Assembly: GCA_026392155.1 (NCBI GenBank)
Contig: JAPLCP010000078.1
Span: 59,941-123,940, forward strand
From: Armatimonadota bacterium
GTDB taxonomy: Bacteria > Armatimonadota > Armatimonadia > Armatimonadales > Armatimonadaceae
DNA length: 64,000 nucleotides
Direction of reading: 5' to 3'
Shown: positions 20,628 through 29,821 of the stretch, piece after piece
Position numbering within the stretch: position 1 is the stretch's first letter
Layout: each line of letters opens with the position of its first letter
The notes under the pieces: model-generated
Told to the model about the DNA's origin: nothing
What the model saw: the letters and a program-made list of their open reading frames with translations, nothing else
Databases searched by the model: none
Position numbers and translations under genes: made by a program

Positions 20628-20921
20628 TTACCAGAAAAAAGGATGAGGCACACGCCCCTTGGTATCAAAGACAACCCCTTCAAGCTCAAGACGACGGCGC
20701 TGCTCTGCCGCAAGCACGGGCGAGTAGCGTGCGACCCGTAGTGTGCCATCACTGCCCACCACGCGGTGCCAAGGGACTTTATCTTCTTCCGCACAGTGCG
20801 CCATCGCGCTCCCGACGGTTCGAGGGCGTGAGCCCACCCGATCCCCCACTTCCCCATAACTCAGCACAAAGCCCGCCGGAATCGTGCGGACAAAAGCATA
20901 AATCGCTTCAAAATCGTCCAT
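20628..20921 (-). CDS. Alkyltransferase-like (ATL) MGMT-family DNA-binding protein
   Basis: IPAGFVLSYGEVG, RTVG, VPWHRVV (Trp replaces the PCHR catalytic Cys), QRRRLELEGV. Confidence 0.85.
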   Translation of the reverse strand: MDDFEAIYAFVRTIPAGFVLSYGEVGDRVGSRPRTVGSAMAHCAEEDKVPWHRVVGSDGTLRVARYSPVLAAEQRRRLELEGVVFDTKGRVPHPFFW

Positions 20922-20956
20922 ACTCCGGCGGGCCTCTCAGGGGGTCTTTGGAGATC

Positions 20957-21637
20957 CTAGTCTAGGATCACGACCCGGACTTTACGGCGACCATACTGAT
21001 TGGCCACACGATCCGAGTCGAAGGCGAGGTCAATGCGCATCCCCTTGATCGCGCCCCCCGTGTCTTCGGCGCGGCACTCGCCATAGCCTTCGACATAGAG
21101 CCGCGTTCCAAGCTTGATCACGCGGGGATCCACGGCAACCACGCCAAAGCGCACACGGGTGTTCATGAAGGTGCGGTTACCCCACGGCCCATTCTCGCCG
21201 GGGCCGTAGCCCGTAGCCATCAGAGTGAGAACGCGCTTGCCCTCGTAGCGGGAGAGTGAGCCGAGGCTAGAGCGGGAGCTGAGTGTTCCACGAGAGACTG
21301 CCGTCTCTTTTTTTGCCGGGGCAACGACCTTCATGGACGCAGGAGCAGCTTTGGGAGCACTTGCGGGAGCGGCTTTGGACTCGATCGCAACCTGCATCCC
21401 CTCGCTCAGAGGAGTGTTAAGTGGCACGGAGATCTTCTGATCTTCCGTCAGGGTGAGGTTCTGCTCTTGCAGAAGCTGACTCACCGTCGGGGCGCTAGTA
21501 CGGAGAACGTGATTCTCCCCCTTGATCGTCAGGATCACGGTTTGCACCCGGGTTGCGCTCGTCTGTGCAAAGGCTACAAGGCTGGTCAGAGCGACCAAGG
21601 TAGCGGCGACAGGGCGCGTATGGGTTGTGAAGGGCAT
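20957..21637 (-). CDS. DUF348 + 3D-domain cell-wall protein (YabE/RpfB-like architecture)
   Basis: Signal peptide; TVSQLLQEQNL ubiquitin-like DUF348 unit; 3D motif VAVDPRVIKLGT...AEDTGGAIKGMRIDL; ATG 21637 after AAAGGAGG. Confidence 0.88.
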   Translation of the reverse strand: MPFTTHTRPVAATLVALTSLVAFAQTSATRVQTVILTIKGENHVLRTSAPTVSQLLQEQNLTLTEDQKISVPLNTPLSEGMQVAIESKAAPASAPKAAPASMKVVAPAKKETAVSRGTLSSRSSLGSLSRYEGKRVLTLMATGYGPGENGPWGNRTFMNTRVRFGVVAVDPRVIKLGTRLYVEGYGECRAEDTGGAIKGMRIDLAFDSDRVANQYGRRKVRVVILD

Positions 21638-21770
21638 GGATGCCTCCTTTCTCGGTGGGGAGGCGCAAGGCCACCCTCCGCAGTCAGAGACGAACGCCAA
21701 TTTGGGTCCGCCAATCGGCAGGATTGCCGACATGGTGTGTTTTAAAAAACGTTTCCGCTTTTGTTAAAAC
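21638..21770 (-). promoter_or_regulatory. Structured 5' leader (candidate cis-regulatory RNA) of the 3D-domain gene
   Basis: About 130 nt between promoter and ATG with hairpins at 21739-21770 (GAAA tetraloop), 21715-21730, 21689-21712 and an anti-SD GCCUCC. Confidence 0.5.
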
Positions 21771-21776
21771 CAGTTG

Positions 21777-21805
21777 AGTATAGCCTTGATGACTGCTACT
21801 GTCAA
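21777..21805 (-). promoter_or_regulatory. sigma70-type promoter
   Basis: TTGACA, 17-nt spacer, TATACT. Confidence 0.85.
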
Positions 21806-21935
21806 CCTATCCTTCTCTATATACTTATTATTTGACAGTTATTCATATATGATTAGTTGTAAAAAAATATTAAATCGGCACAAAGAAGGAACGCCACTTT
21901 GTGGTGCCTAACCCTAGAATCGAGTATCCTAAACT

Positions 21936-22823
21936 ATGTCTTTTGACCCCAAGCGCTATGTCATTAAAGTCCAGGGAAACCGTGAGTACCTCCCTGTCTC
22001 CGCCCGCCTCATCTGGTTTCGCAGTGAGCACCCCGACTGGGGAATAGTCACCGAGGCCATCGAGATCAACCACGAGAAGCAGTTCGCGGTCTTCCGTGCA
22101 AGCATCTTCAACGAGGACGGTCGCCTGATCGCCACGGCCACGAAAAAAGAAGACCTGAAAGGCTTTGGCGACTATATAGAGAAGGCGGAAACCGGCAGTG
22201 TTGGCCGTGCACTGGCCATGTGTGGCTACGGTGCCCAGTTCGCTCCCGAGCTTGAGGAGAGCGGTCCGCGCCGTGGAGCCTCCGCCGGGCCGCGTATGGC
22301 TCCGCCGCCTCCGGGCCCAAGCAACTATGGCCCCCCGCAACGCGTTGCTCCCGCCCCGCAAGCCGCGCCTCCGCTGCAGCAGCGCCCACCCGCTCCGGTG
22401 ATGCGCGACGAGCTTCCCCCGCCCTTTGACGAAGACGAGGCACCGCGCGCTCCTGCTCCTGCGCCACGCCCAGCTCCAATGCCCCAACAAGCGCGTCCCC
22501 TGCCCCCGCAGGCCGATCTACCCGCCGACTTGCCGCCCATGCGCACGGCTGCCTCGCTACCCCGTCCCGCACCGCGCCCCATCCCTAGTGACCCCGGTCC
22601 TGGCATGCAAGCACGTCCGGTCTCGGCGAATGCCCCGATCCAGCGCGTTCGCGAGCCTGAACGAGAGATGCCCGATCCCGGCGGCGATGATGAGATGGAC
22701 GATCTCGATGATCCGTTCGCCGATGAAGATGCCCCACCACCGCCCCCACGCGGTGTAGCGCGTCCTCCGCAAGCCCCCGCGCGACCTGCGCCTCGTAAGC
22801 CCGCGCCAGATAGCTTGCTTTAA
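21936..22823 (+). CDS. Putative Rad52/Sak-like ssDNA-annealing fold with long Pro-rich/acidic tail
   Basis: YLPVSARLIWFR...AVFRASI...IATAT...EKAETGSVGRALAMCGYG resembles Rad52-superfamily cores; tail rich in P/A/R with a DDEMDDLDDPF stretch. Confidence 0.55.
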   Translation: MSFDPKRYVIKVQGNREYLPVSARLIWFRSEHPDWGIVTEAIEINHEKQFAVFRASIFNEDGRLIATATKKEDLKGFGDYIEKAETGSVGRALAMCGYGAQFAPELEESGPRRGASAGPRMAPPPPGPSNYGPPQRVAPAPQAAPPLQQRPPAPVMRDELPPPFDEDEAPRAPAPAPRPAPMPQQARPLPPQADLPADLPPMRTAASLPRPAPRPIPSDPGPGMQARPVSANAPIQRVREPEREMPDPGGDDEMDDLDDPFADEDAPPPPPRGVARPPQAPARPAPRKPAPDSLL

Positions 22824-22825
22824 TT

Positions 22826-23668
22826 TTGGAATTAACACGTCCGACGGAGCTGAAGGCCCTGCTGGAGCGGCATGGGCTTCAGCTCGCCCGGCGCTTTGGG
22901 CAGCACTTTCTGGTGGACCGTAACCACCTCGATAAAATTATCGCCGCCGCTGCGCTCACCCACGACGACACGGCTCTGGAGATCGGGCCGGGCGCGGGCG
23001 TGCTGACGCGTGAGCTGGCCAAGCACGCAGGCTCAGTTATCTCCATCGAGCTGGATCGCAACTTACCTGCGGTGCTTGCGGAGGTGATGGCGGAGTTTAG
23101 TAACTGGCGCTTGATCGAGGCCGATGCCCTCAAGTACGACTGGAGCACGCTGGGGGCGACCAAAGTGGTGGCCAATATCCCCTACAACATCACCTCGCCC
23201 CTTATTGTGAAGATGCTGGAGCACCGCCCTGTGTTCTCGTCCATCACGCTTCTGGTACAGAAAGAAGTCGCGGATCGGGCAAAGGCAACTCCAGACTCTG
23301 GTATCTACGGCTCCCTCTCGGTGTTTATGCAGTTCTACGCCACCGTGAGCATCCCGGCAACCGTCCCACGAAACGCCTTTTTCCCACCGCCAAAAGTCGA
23401 GTCAGCGATCTTGCACCTCACGCCACACGCCACGCCTCCTGTGGATGTACCCTCTACCGAAGCCTTCTTCGCCGTCAGCCGCGCCGCATTTGGCCAGCGC
23501 CGAAAAGTGCTTCTGGGAGCGCTCTCGCACGGCATGGATCGCCCCCGCGACGAGATTCTCGCCGCGCTTGAAAAAGCAAATGTAGATCCCCAGCGCCGCG
23601 CCGAGACGCTCCACCTGGAAGAGATCGCCGCGATTGCACGCGCTCTTTTTAGCCGCCCCATGGAATGA
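22826..23668 (+). CDS. rsmA: 16S rRNA m6,2A1518/1519 dimethyltransferase
   Basis: FGQHFL, LEIGPGAG, IELD, VVANIPYNIT, FFPPPKVES, AFGQRRK. Confidence 0.96.
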   Translation: MELTRPTELKALLERHGLQLARRFGQHFLVDRNHLDKIIAAAALTHDDTALEIGPGAGVLTRELAKHAGSVISIELDRNLPAVLAEVMAEFSNWRLIEADALKYDWSTLGATKVVANIPYNITSPLIVKMLEHRPVFSSITLLVQKEVADRAKATPDSGIYGSLSVFMQFYATVSIPATVPRNAFFPPPKVESAILHLTPHATPPVDVPSTEAFFAVSRAAFGQRRKVLLGALSHGMDRPRDEILAALEKANVDPQRRAETLHLEEIAAIARALFSRPME

Positions 23669-23680
23669 GGCGTCTGCAGT

Positions 23681-23711
23681 AGCCTGCGGCTGCAAAGCCC
23701 GTGCCGGGCTG
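23681..23711 (+). repeat. REP-like double-hairpin element, copy 1
   Basis: AGCCTGCGGCTGCAAAGCCCGTGCCGGGCTG; 30/31 identical to reverse complement of 59459-59489. Confidence 0.75.
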
Positions 23712-23773
23712 GCCTCCCCCCCCCGGCGGCATCACCACCGACCCCCTCCGGCACGCGAAGAGCTCGTCGGTGG

Positions 23774-25123
23774 TTAGGGTCTGCGCCAGAGTCCTTCCAG
23801 TGTGTCTTGTGGTTTCCAGCCCAAGAGGCGCTGCGCTTTTTCGGTGCGGCACTGGTCATGCGGAAAATCGGCGACGCAGTGAAACTCCTCGTAGGGGCTG
23901 GGTAGCGACGGTGCTTCCAGAGCGCACTTGATCGCCCGCGCCGCGTCCTGCCAGGTCAGCATCATCGCCGAGGTTCCGTGCTCGCTCACCGTGTCAGGCT
24001 GGGCGAAGCCATTGAACATGAGATTCGGAACTTCTAGGTCGTACCACTCCGCCAAGACTCGCATCGCTTCATTGCCTAAAAACTTGCTGTGGCCGTAGAG
24101 ATGCCGACCAGGCCGGGTTGGGGTATCCGAGGCAAGATGGTAGTCGTAGAGAGAGTCGTTCTCGCCGTGGAGCGTGATGAGCTGTGGCCCGGTCTGCACA
24201 ACGCGGCGAATGCCCAGTATCGCCGCCGCCTGCCCGATATTCCACGCCCCCAGCGCATTGACCGCAAACGCCCCCGCAAAGTCAGGGCGCACCACCGTGA
24301 GATTGATAATCGCGTCGCAGCCTGTACAAGCATCTGTCACAGAGCTAAGCTGGCGCACATCCAGATGCACCTCCTCATGCGGCGCGGGCAACGGACGGGC
24401 AATCGGTGCTTTGGGATCTTGCGGCTTCGCTTCGGCCAGCGGCGCGATATCGGCGAGGCGCAGTGTGTAGTGGTCTTTAAGTGCATCGGCGACGGTGCGC
24501 CCAATCGGCCCACCGGCACCTAGAACTGCCACTTTTCGAATTGCCTCTCGCGAGGCAATCGGCTCCACTGGCCCCAGAGTCTCGCGCCAGGGCTTGCCGC
24601 CGTCGGTCTCGGGCCGCCCTGGTGCCTCACCCACGTGCCGCACTACCCAAGGCTTCGTATCATTCAGAGATTGCCGTACTGCCTCGGCCGCCTCGCCTAG
24701 AGAAACCTCACCCAGCCGTAGTACCGTCACGCCCAGCCCCGTCGCACGCGCCACTTCTTGAAACGAGAGCTCGGCGAGTAGCGGCAGCAGCGTCTCTTTG
24801 TTGCGCGTGGCGCGAGGTCGCCAGTTGGTGCCCAGGTGCCAGCTCTGGGGAATCCGTGAGAAGAGCTGCATGGTCGAGATCACGACCACGCGCTTTAGCC
24901 CCACATCGGCGGCGGCGCAGGCCAGCGCGTAGCTTGCCTGAGTTGCCGCGAGAAAATCCAATGGTGGTGGCGCCCAGATCGCTGCCGTTGCGCCACTCTC
25001 CACTAAGATCGCGCCCAGCACGCTTGGGGTTGTCTCGGGTGCGCCGTAGTCGAGCTGCGGCGCTCGTGCAAAGCCGAGAACCTCATTGCAGGGCAGCGCC
25101 CCAAAGACCAGTGTACTGCTCAT
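23774..25123 (-). CDS. NAD-dependent epimerase/dehydrogenase with duplicated (degenerate + intact) Rossmann domains
   Basis: C-half KVAVLGAGGPIG, YGHSK (YxxxK); N-half VVISTMQLF...VTVLRLG lacks GxxGxxG; TAATG overlap with upstream SDR. Confidence 0.7.
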   Translation of the reverse strand: MSSTLVFGALPCNEVLGFARAPQLDYGAPETTPSVLGAILVESGATAAIWAPPPLDFLAATQASYALACAAADVGLKRVVVISTMQLFSRIPQSWHLGTNWRPRATRNKETLLPLLAELSFQEVARATGLGVTVLRLGEVSLGEAAEAVRQSLNDTKPWVVRHVGEAPGRPETDGGKPWRETLGPVEPIASREAIRKVAVLGAGGPIGRTVADALKDHYTLRLADIAPLAEAKPQDPKAPIARPLPAPHEEVHLDVRQLSSVTDACTGCDAIINLTVVRPDFAGAFAVNALGAWNIGQAAAILGIRRVVQTGPQLITLHGENDSLYDYHLASDTPTRPGRHLYGHSKFLGNEAMRVLAEWYDLEVPNLMFNGFAQPDTVSEHGTSAMMLTWQDAARAIKCALEAPSLPSPYEEFHCVADFPHDQCRTEKAQRLLGWKPQDTLEGLWRRP

Positions 25124-25836
25124 TAGTAGGTGCAGCGCCCCCCCGAGATATCGTAGCACTGGGCCGTGACAAAGCTTGCGGCGTCCGAGCAGAGAAAGTG
25201 CACGACGCTGGCAACTTCATCAATTGTGCCGGGCCGCCCCATCGGGATTTTTGAGAGGAGCGCGTTCACTACTTCTGGCGTCATCTGCTCCAGCATCGGG
25301 GTGGCGATCTGTGCGGGGGCAACGCAGTTGACCCGAATCCCCTCTTTTGCCACTTCCTTGCCGACGGATTTTGTGAAGCCAATCACGCCCGCCTTGGCCG
25401 TGGAGTAGGCCGACAGGTTCGGGTTGCCTTCCTTGCCCGCCACCGACGCAATACTCACAATCGCGCCACGCTGGGCCTCGCGCATGGGCCGAATTGCCGC
25501 GCGACAGAGCCGAAAGACACTGGTGAGGCAGATTTCGAGCACCGCATCCCAGTTCTCATCCGTCTGCTCCCAGAGCGGCACGCTCGCCCCGGTGATTCCC
25601 TGGCAGTTGATGAGCATATCGAGCCGTCCGTGGGTCTGGAGCACCTGCGCCACCAGCGCATCCGCCGCGCTGGCATCGCGCAGATCGGTCTGCAAGTCCG
25701 CAATCGAACCCGGTCGGTCCGCCGTCACCACCGTCGCCCCAAACACCGAGAGCCGCGCCGCCACCGCCTGTCCAATACTGCCCGCTCCACCGGCAATCAG
25801 GGCAACGCGCCCCGTAAGAAGAAGATCGTCCGTCAT
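25123..25836 (-). CDS. SDR-family oxidoreductase (resembles keto-deoxy-rhamnonate/fuconate dehydrogenases)
   Basis: GGAGSIG, NCQGI, IVSIASVAGKEGNPNLSAYSTAK, RVNCVAP, DISGGRCTY. Confidence 0.85.
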   Translation of the reverse strand: MTDDLLLTGRVALIAGGAGSIGQAVAARLSVFGATVVTADRPGSIADLQTDLRDASAADALVAQVLQTHGRLDMLINCQGITGASVPLWEQTDENWDAVLEICLTSVFRLCRAAIRPMREAQRGAIVSIASVAGKEGNPNLSAYSTAKAGVIGFTKSVGKEVAKEGIRVNCVAPAQIATPMLEQMTPEVVNALLSKIPMGRPGTIDEVASVVHFLCSDAASFVTAQCYDISGGRCTY

Positions 25837-25870
25837 GCAACCAGATTCGGCAGGGAGCAACGTGCTTCCT

Positions 25871-26602
25871 CTATGCCTGTTTACGAATAAAGGCTGCCAG
25901 CTCGGCGAGCTTGTCGGTGTTGAGGTAGTCCACACCCGCGCGCCAGCAGACTTCCCAGCCGGCGGGGTTGTCGGGGGCGGCCCAGAAGCGAATGGTGCGG
26001 CCTTGGGTGTGGGCTTGCGCCACCAGATCCGAGAGTTTCTGGCGGTCTGCCGCGCCCATCAGGCCGCTTCCGTACCACTTGAAGAGCGTAAACCAGCTCT
26101 CGCTGATGAGAGGAAAGAGCGCGACGGGGAGGTTCTTGCCTAGGTCGTCAGGGCGGCCATCCAGGGCAGCGAGGCGGTTTTGCTCAGCGGCGAGAATCTC
26201 ACGGGGACGGTCGCCGGAGAGGATTACCGTGATGGCGCGGCGCTGGATCTTGCCGTTCTCGAAGCGCGTGACCATCGGGGCGTAGGGCCTGAGCACCTCT
26301 TTGAGGGCGGCATAGACGCGTGCGCCGTCGGTCTTGATGTCCACAAGCAGTGTCAGCGGTGTGGCTTCCGGGTAGACGCTTCCTCGGTTGGCTTTCACGC
26401 GCTGCCAGAGCGGCTCCAGGTAGAGACTCGTGAGAGTGCGCTCGGGTTTTAAGTCTTTCTTGTCATGCCCGACCAGGAGCTTTCCGCCTTCTAGATAGAT
26501 ATCTGCCTCGACGCTACAAAAACCCTGCTCCAGCGCGTCTAAGAGGGGCCGTGGATGGGCGTAGTCGTTGTGGGCGTGTGCCCGAGGAAGTGGCTTGATC
26601 AT
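25871..26602 (-). CDS. PI-PLC/GDPD-like phosphodiesterase
   Basis: AHAHNDY, SVEADIYL, LLVGHD, LLVDIK, RFWAAPD, YLNTD. Confidence 0.82.
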   Translation of the reverse strand: MIKPLPRAHAHNDYAHPRPLLDALEQGFCSVEADIYLEGGKLLVGHDKKDLKPERTLTSLYLEPLWQRVKANRGSVYPEATPLTLLVDIKTDGARVYAALKEVLRPYAPMVTRFENGKIQRRAITVILSGDRPREILAAEQNRLAALDGRPDDLGKNLPVALFPLISESWFTLFKWYGSGLMGAADRQKLSDLVAQAHTQGRTIRFWAAPDNPAGWEVCWRAGVDYLNTDKLAELAAFIRKQA

Positions 26603-28833
26603 GCCAACAGTTTACCGACTCCGGGCCCAAAGATCGTCGCTTTCTCACTTCCGGGGAGTGTGACTTTGGCCTGGCAGCCCTTAGGAACCGTCAGCTCCAG
26701 CGCAAGCCGCCCGCCTTGCTTGCGCCAGCTCACTTTAATATCACCATGGGGCGTGGGCACGACTCCCTTGGCCCAGCTCAGCTCCATCGGCTTTGGGGTA
26801 ACTGTGAAGGTCGCAAAGCCCGGTGAGGTGGGCCGCACGCCGAGCACCTCCGTGGTGAGCTGATAGAGCGGTGTCCCGCCCCAAGAGTGGCTCAGGTCCC
26901 CCCGATCCCACATCTCGCGTAGTGACTGCGTGTCCTCGATAATCTTCCAGCGCTTAAGCTGCTCGGGCCCATATTTCTCGAACAATCCCGTGTGCGCCAG
27001 CGCTGCGAAGACAAAGTGCATGAAGTAGGGCTGGCAGGTAAAGTTCGCCGCCGTGATCGCCTTCTCCACAATCGCCGCCTGCCGCTCTTTGGGAGCGAGG
27101 TCGTAGAGTGCGGCCAAGAACTGGAGATGCGCCGTGAGAGTCTCGATCTCTTTATCCGCGGGAAGCCACTGACCAGGCTTGACATGGGTCTGGAACGGCT
27201 TGCCATCCCGATACAGCCCCTTCTCGGGCACCCAGAGCTCGCGCTCAAAGGCCGCCAAAAGCTCTGTTCGGGTTCTCTGGTAACCTCGCGCCCTGCTCGT
27301 ATCGTTCACGAGCTCCGCCACACGGATTCCGTCGGCGAGGGCGCGGTAGAAGAAAGCGGTCATATAACCCTGTCCGATCACAGCAGGCGGGTGGTGGCCG
27401 GGGAAGCCCGCGATATCCACCCAGTCCATGAACATGTAGTTGGGCGCCTCGGAGATCAGGCCGTTCTTGCCGATGTAGCCCGTGAACGTATCGAGAAGCG
27501 AGTGGATTTGCGGCGCAAGCTCACGAACCAACGAGTCCTCTCCCGTGTGATCCCAGTAGTCCAGCACCATCTGGAGCCAGAGAAGCGCATAGCTGGTATG
27601 AAAGTTTTGGTTCTTGCACTGCTCCAGAATCCAGGCATACTTGCGTGAGTCTTGAACCGTGAGGGCGGGCTGGAAAAATGCGGCGTAGTTGACCAGCGAT
27701 GCTATGAGATAGTCCCCCGGATCGCTGATGGGCTCCTGGTGGTGCGGCGAGTCTAAATGGTGGGTCTGGAGGCAGATCTGGGTCGCCCAGCGGCACACCG
27801 ACCAGAGCCGAGTGAGGGCAGGATCGCTACACGCAAAGCTCCCTCGGTAGGCCACGGGCTGGGAGACAAAGCTGGCGCGAATGTCTAAAATCTCTAGCGG
27901 CTCGGTGACATTCTTGGCGGAGAGATTCACCACAGAGAAGCTGTCCATGAAGGGCAGCTCGAAGGTCTGGATGCCCCCGGCGAGAGTCACGGTCGCCATC
28001 CGGTGGTGGCCCGGTGCATTGGGCTCGTTAGGCTCGATGGTCAGAGTCGCGCCCTTGCCACCTTTGATAACGAAGCTGAGATACGCCGGAAGCACGCGGT
28101 CCCACCGGATGCGCATTTCCGCCCCCCCTGCCCCCGTCCAACGGGGCAGTGTGGTGGGTAAATGCGGATACACCACCTCCATGCGGGCGGGTATCTGGCT
28201 GGGGACAAAGGGCTGCCAGAGGTCGGGGATCAGTGTCGCCGCGCTCCAGCCCGAGGCATCAAAGCCACTCTCGCGCCAGCCGTCGGGCTCGGCGGCAGCC
28301 TCGTAGTGCCAGTTGGATTTCTTGACCCAGTGCTTGCAGGGCGCCGCTTGCCAAGTCGCATCCGTGGTGGTGATGCCCGGCGCGTCGAGGAAGAATCCTC
28401 CCTGCCCGCGCGAGCCCTCCCAGCCGATCAGCTTGGTAAAGAAGACCTCGGCGGCAACAGTATTGACACCCGGCTTTAGATACGGCGCGATGTCCACCGT
28501 GTCGTAGAAGTACTTTCCGGTGGGCACGCGATGGTAGTCCATGCCAATATCGGCAGGCCCGCGTGCCACCAAGACTCCGTTGATCCAGAGGCGATACGCA
28601 TTGTCTGCACTAAGATAGGCCAGCGCCTGCTTGGGAACGCGCTTGACGGTCACCTCTTTGCGGAAGAGCGTGGCGTGGCTCTCTCCCGCGAGCCAGACCC
28701 ACTTGCCTGCCTGAGGCTTGCCTTGGGGCGCTGTGTTCTCGGCCTTGTAGCCCTTGGCCTCGACGCCCTCAGTGGTAACTTTAGGCCGGACGGCGTTACG
28801 CACAATCGGCCCACGGAGATCAGGAGCTTTCAT
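26599..28833 (-). CDS. Alpha-L-rhamnosidase-like glycoside hydrolase (GH78-like)
   Basis: FRKEV...LSADNAYRLWING N-domain; GSFACSDPALTRLW; DWVD; SHSWG; VPTPHGDIKVSW C-domain. Confidence 0.75.
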   Translation of the reverse strand: MKAPDLRGPIVRNAVRPKVTTEGVEAKGYKAENTAPQGKPQAGKWVWLAGESHATLFRKEVTVKRVPKQALAYLSADNAYRLWINGVLVARGPADIGMDYHRVPTGKYFYDTVDIAPYLKPGVNTVAAEVFFTKLIGWEGSRGQGGFFLDAPGITTTDATWQAAPCKHWVKKSNWHYEAAAEPDGWRESGFDASGWSAATLIPDLWQPFVPSQIPARMEVVYPHLPTTLPRWTGAGGAEMRIRWDRVLPAYLSFVIKGGKGATLTIEPNEPNAPGHHRMATVTLAGGIQTFELPFMDSFSVVNLSAKNVTEPLEILDIRASFVSQPVAYRGSFACSDPALTRLWSVCRWATQICLQTHHLDSPHHQEPISDPGDYLIASLVNYAAFFQPALTVQDSRKYAWILEQCKNQNFHTSYALLWLQMVLDYWDHTGEDSLVRELAPQIHSLLDTFTGYIGKNGLISEAPNYMFMDWVDIAGFPGHHPPAVIGQGYMTAFFYRALADGIRVAELVNDTSRARGYQRTRTELLAAFERELWVPEKGLYRDGKPFQTHVKPGQWLPADKEIETLTAHLQFLAALYDLAPKERQAAIVEKAITAANFTCQPYFMHFVFAALAHTGLFEKYGPEQLKRWKIIEDTQSLREMWDRGDLSHSWGGTPLYQLTTEVLGVRPTSPGFATFTVTPKPMELSWAKGVVPTPHGDIKVSWRKQGGRLALELTVPKGCQAKVTLPGSEKATIFGPGVGKLLA

Positions 28834-29777
28834 CTAGTCTCATTCTCTAGCGTGGGAAGATTTCCCTTTGTCCACACAATTCGTCGTTGTGAGAGAAACC
28901 AGGTCTTGCCCTTGTCGTTGTTGCCCTGGAAGAAAAGCACCGTCTTGCCGCGCTCGTCGAAGATGCCGGGATGGCCGGACTCCGACGCATTCCACTCACC
29001 GGGCTTGCCGTTGGCCAGAAGCGGCTGATCGCTGAGGCGCTTCCAGTGAATGCCGTCCGTGCTGGTGGCCACCCCGACCTGCTGCGGCGCGTTGTTGTAG
29101 GCTCCCGCGTAGAACAGAAAAAGTGTCTTTCCGCGCTGGCAGATCGTCGCGGCCTCGATACAGTCTCGCTCCCACGGTAGCTCTGGCGCAAGCATCGGGC
29201 CGTCGGTGGAGAGATTGGTCCATGCTGCCCGCCCAAAGTCAGACTTTAGCTCGGCGACGGCGACGCCGAGCAGCTGGATCTTAAACGCGGGATCACGGGT
29301 GGCGTAGTAGAGATAGAGCTTGTCGCCAAGGGGGAAGACTTCCGCGTCTATCGCGCGGCCACAGTTCCACGCGCCATTGGGCCGAAAAATCGGGTTGGTC
29401 GGGTCGTGGTCAAAGTGTAGGCCGTCTTGGGAGACGGCGTGGCAGATCGCGTCTTTGGGCCCCATGCCGTAGGTCTGGTAGAAGAGATGGACTTTGCCGT
29501 CTAAGACGCGAGCGCCTGGTGCGCAGATTCCGTTTTCCTCGACCGTTCCTGGCTTGCCCAGCACCTCCCCCACTTTCGTCCAGTGCGTTAAGTCCGTACT
29601 CGTGGCGATCCCAATCCCCCAGCCTTTGGGAGCGTCGGGTGGTGCAAGCTTGGGATCAAAGGGCGGCAGGGAGTAGTACATCCAGTACTTTTTTGCAAAC
29701 TTAATCACCGACGGGTCTTTGGCAAAAGGTCGTCCGAGGCGCGACGAGTCGCCGTAGTACATCTCAGGGATATTCAT
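28830..29777 (-). CDS. Five-bladed beta-propeller glycoside hydrolase (GH43/32/130-like)
   Basis: AKDPSV, CAP, AIDAEV, IEAATI, SGHPGI blade motifs. Confidence 0.8.
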   Translation of the reverse strand: MNIPEMYYGDSSRLGRPFAKDPSVIKFAKKYWMYYSLPPFDPKLAPPDAPKGWGIGIATSTDLTHWTKVGEVLGKPGTVEENGICAPGARVLDGKVHLFYQTYGMGPKDAICHAVSQDGLHFDHDPTNPIFRPNGAWNCGRAIDAEVFPLGDKLYLYYATRDPAFKIQLLGVAVAELKSDFGRAAWTNLSTDGPMLAPELPWERDCIEAATICQRGKTLFLFYAGAYNNAPQQVGVATSTDGIHWKRLSDQPLLANGKPGEWNASESGHPGIFDERGKTVLFFQGNNDKGKTWFLSQRRIVWTKGNLPTLENETR

Positions 29778-29821
29778 GACTTCATTATTTCTTGACGATC
29801 TCGCGGTATCCTCTCTCCACG

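Noticed and set aside
20628-20921. Active O6-methylguanine methyltransferase (ogt/ada)
   Set aside because: The active-site motif is PWHR rather than PCHR, so it is the non-catalytic ATL type.
21638-21770. Calling the leader a canonical c-di-AMP (ydaO) or c-di-GMP riboswitch
   Set aside because: It lacks GCUGAAUC and the 3' GUCAGCUAAC..GUAGGC half, and has no GEMM GGCAAAC/GACGCAAAGC core. Kept only as an unclassified structured leader.
23716-23724. C9 homopolymer as a phase-variation tract
   Set aside because: It is intergenic between convergent genes, with no promoter or coding context to switch.
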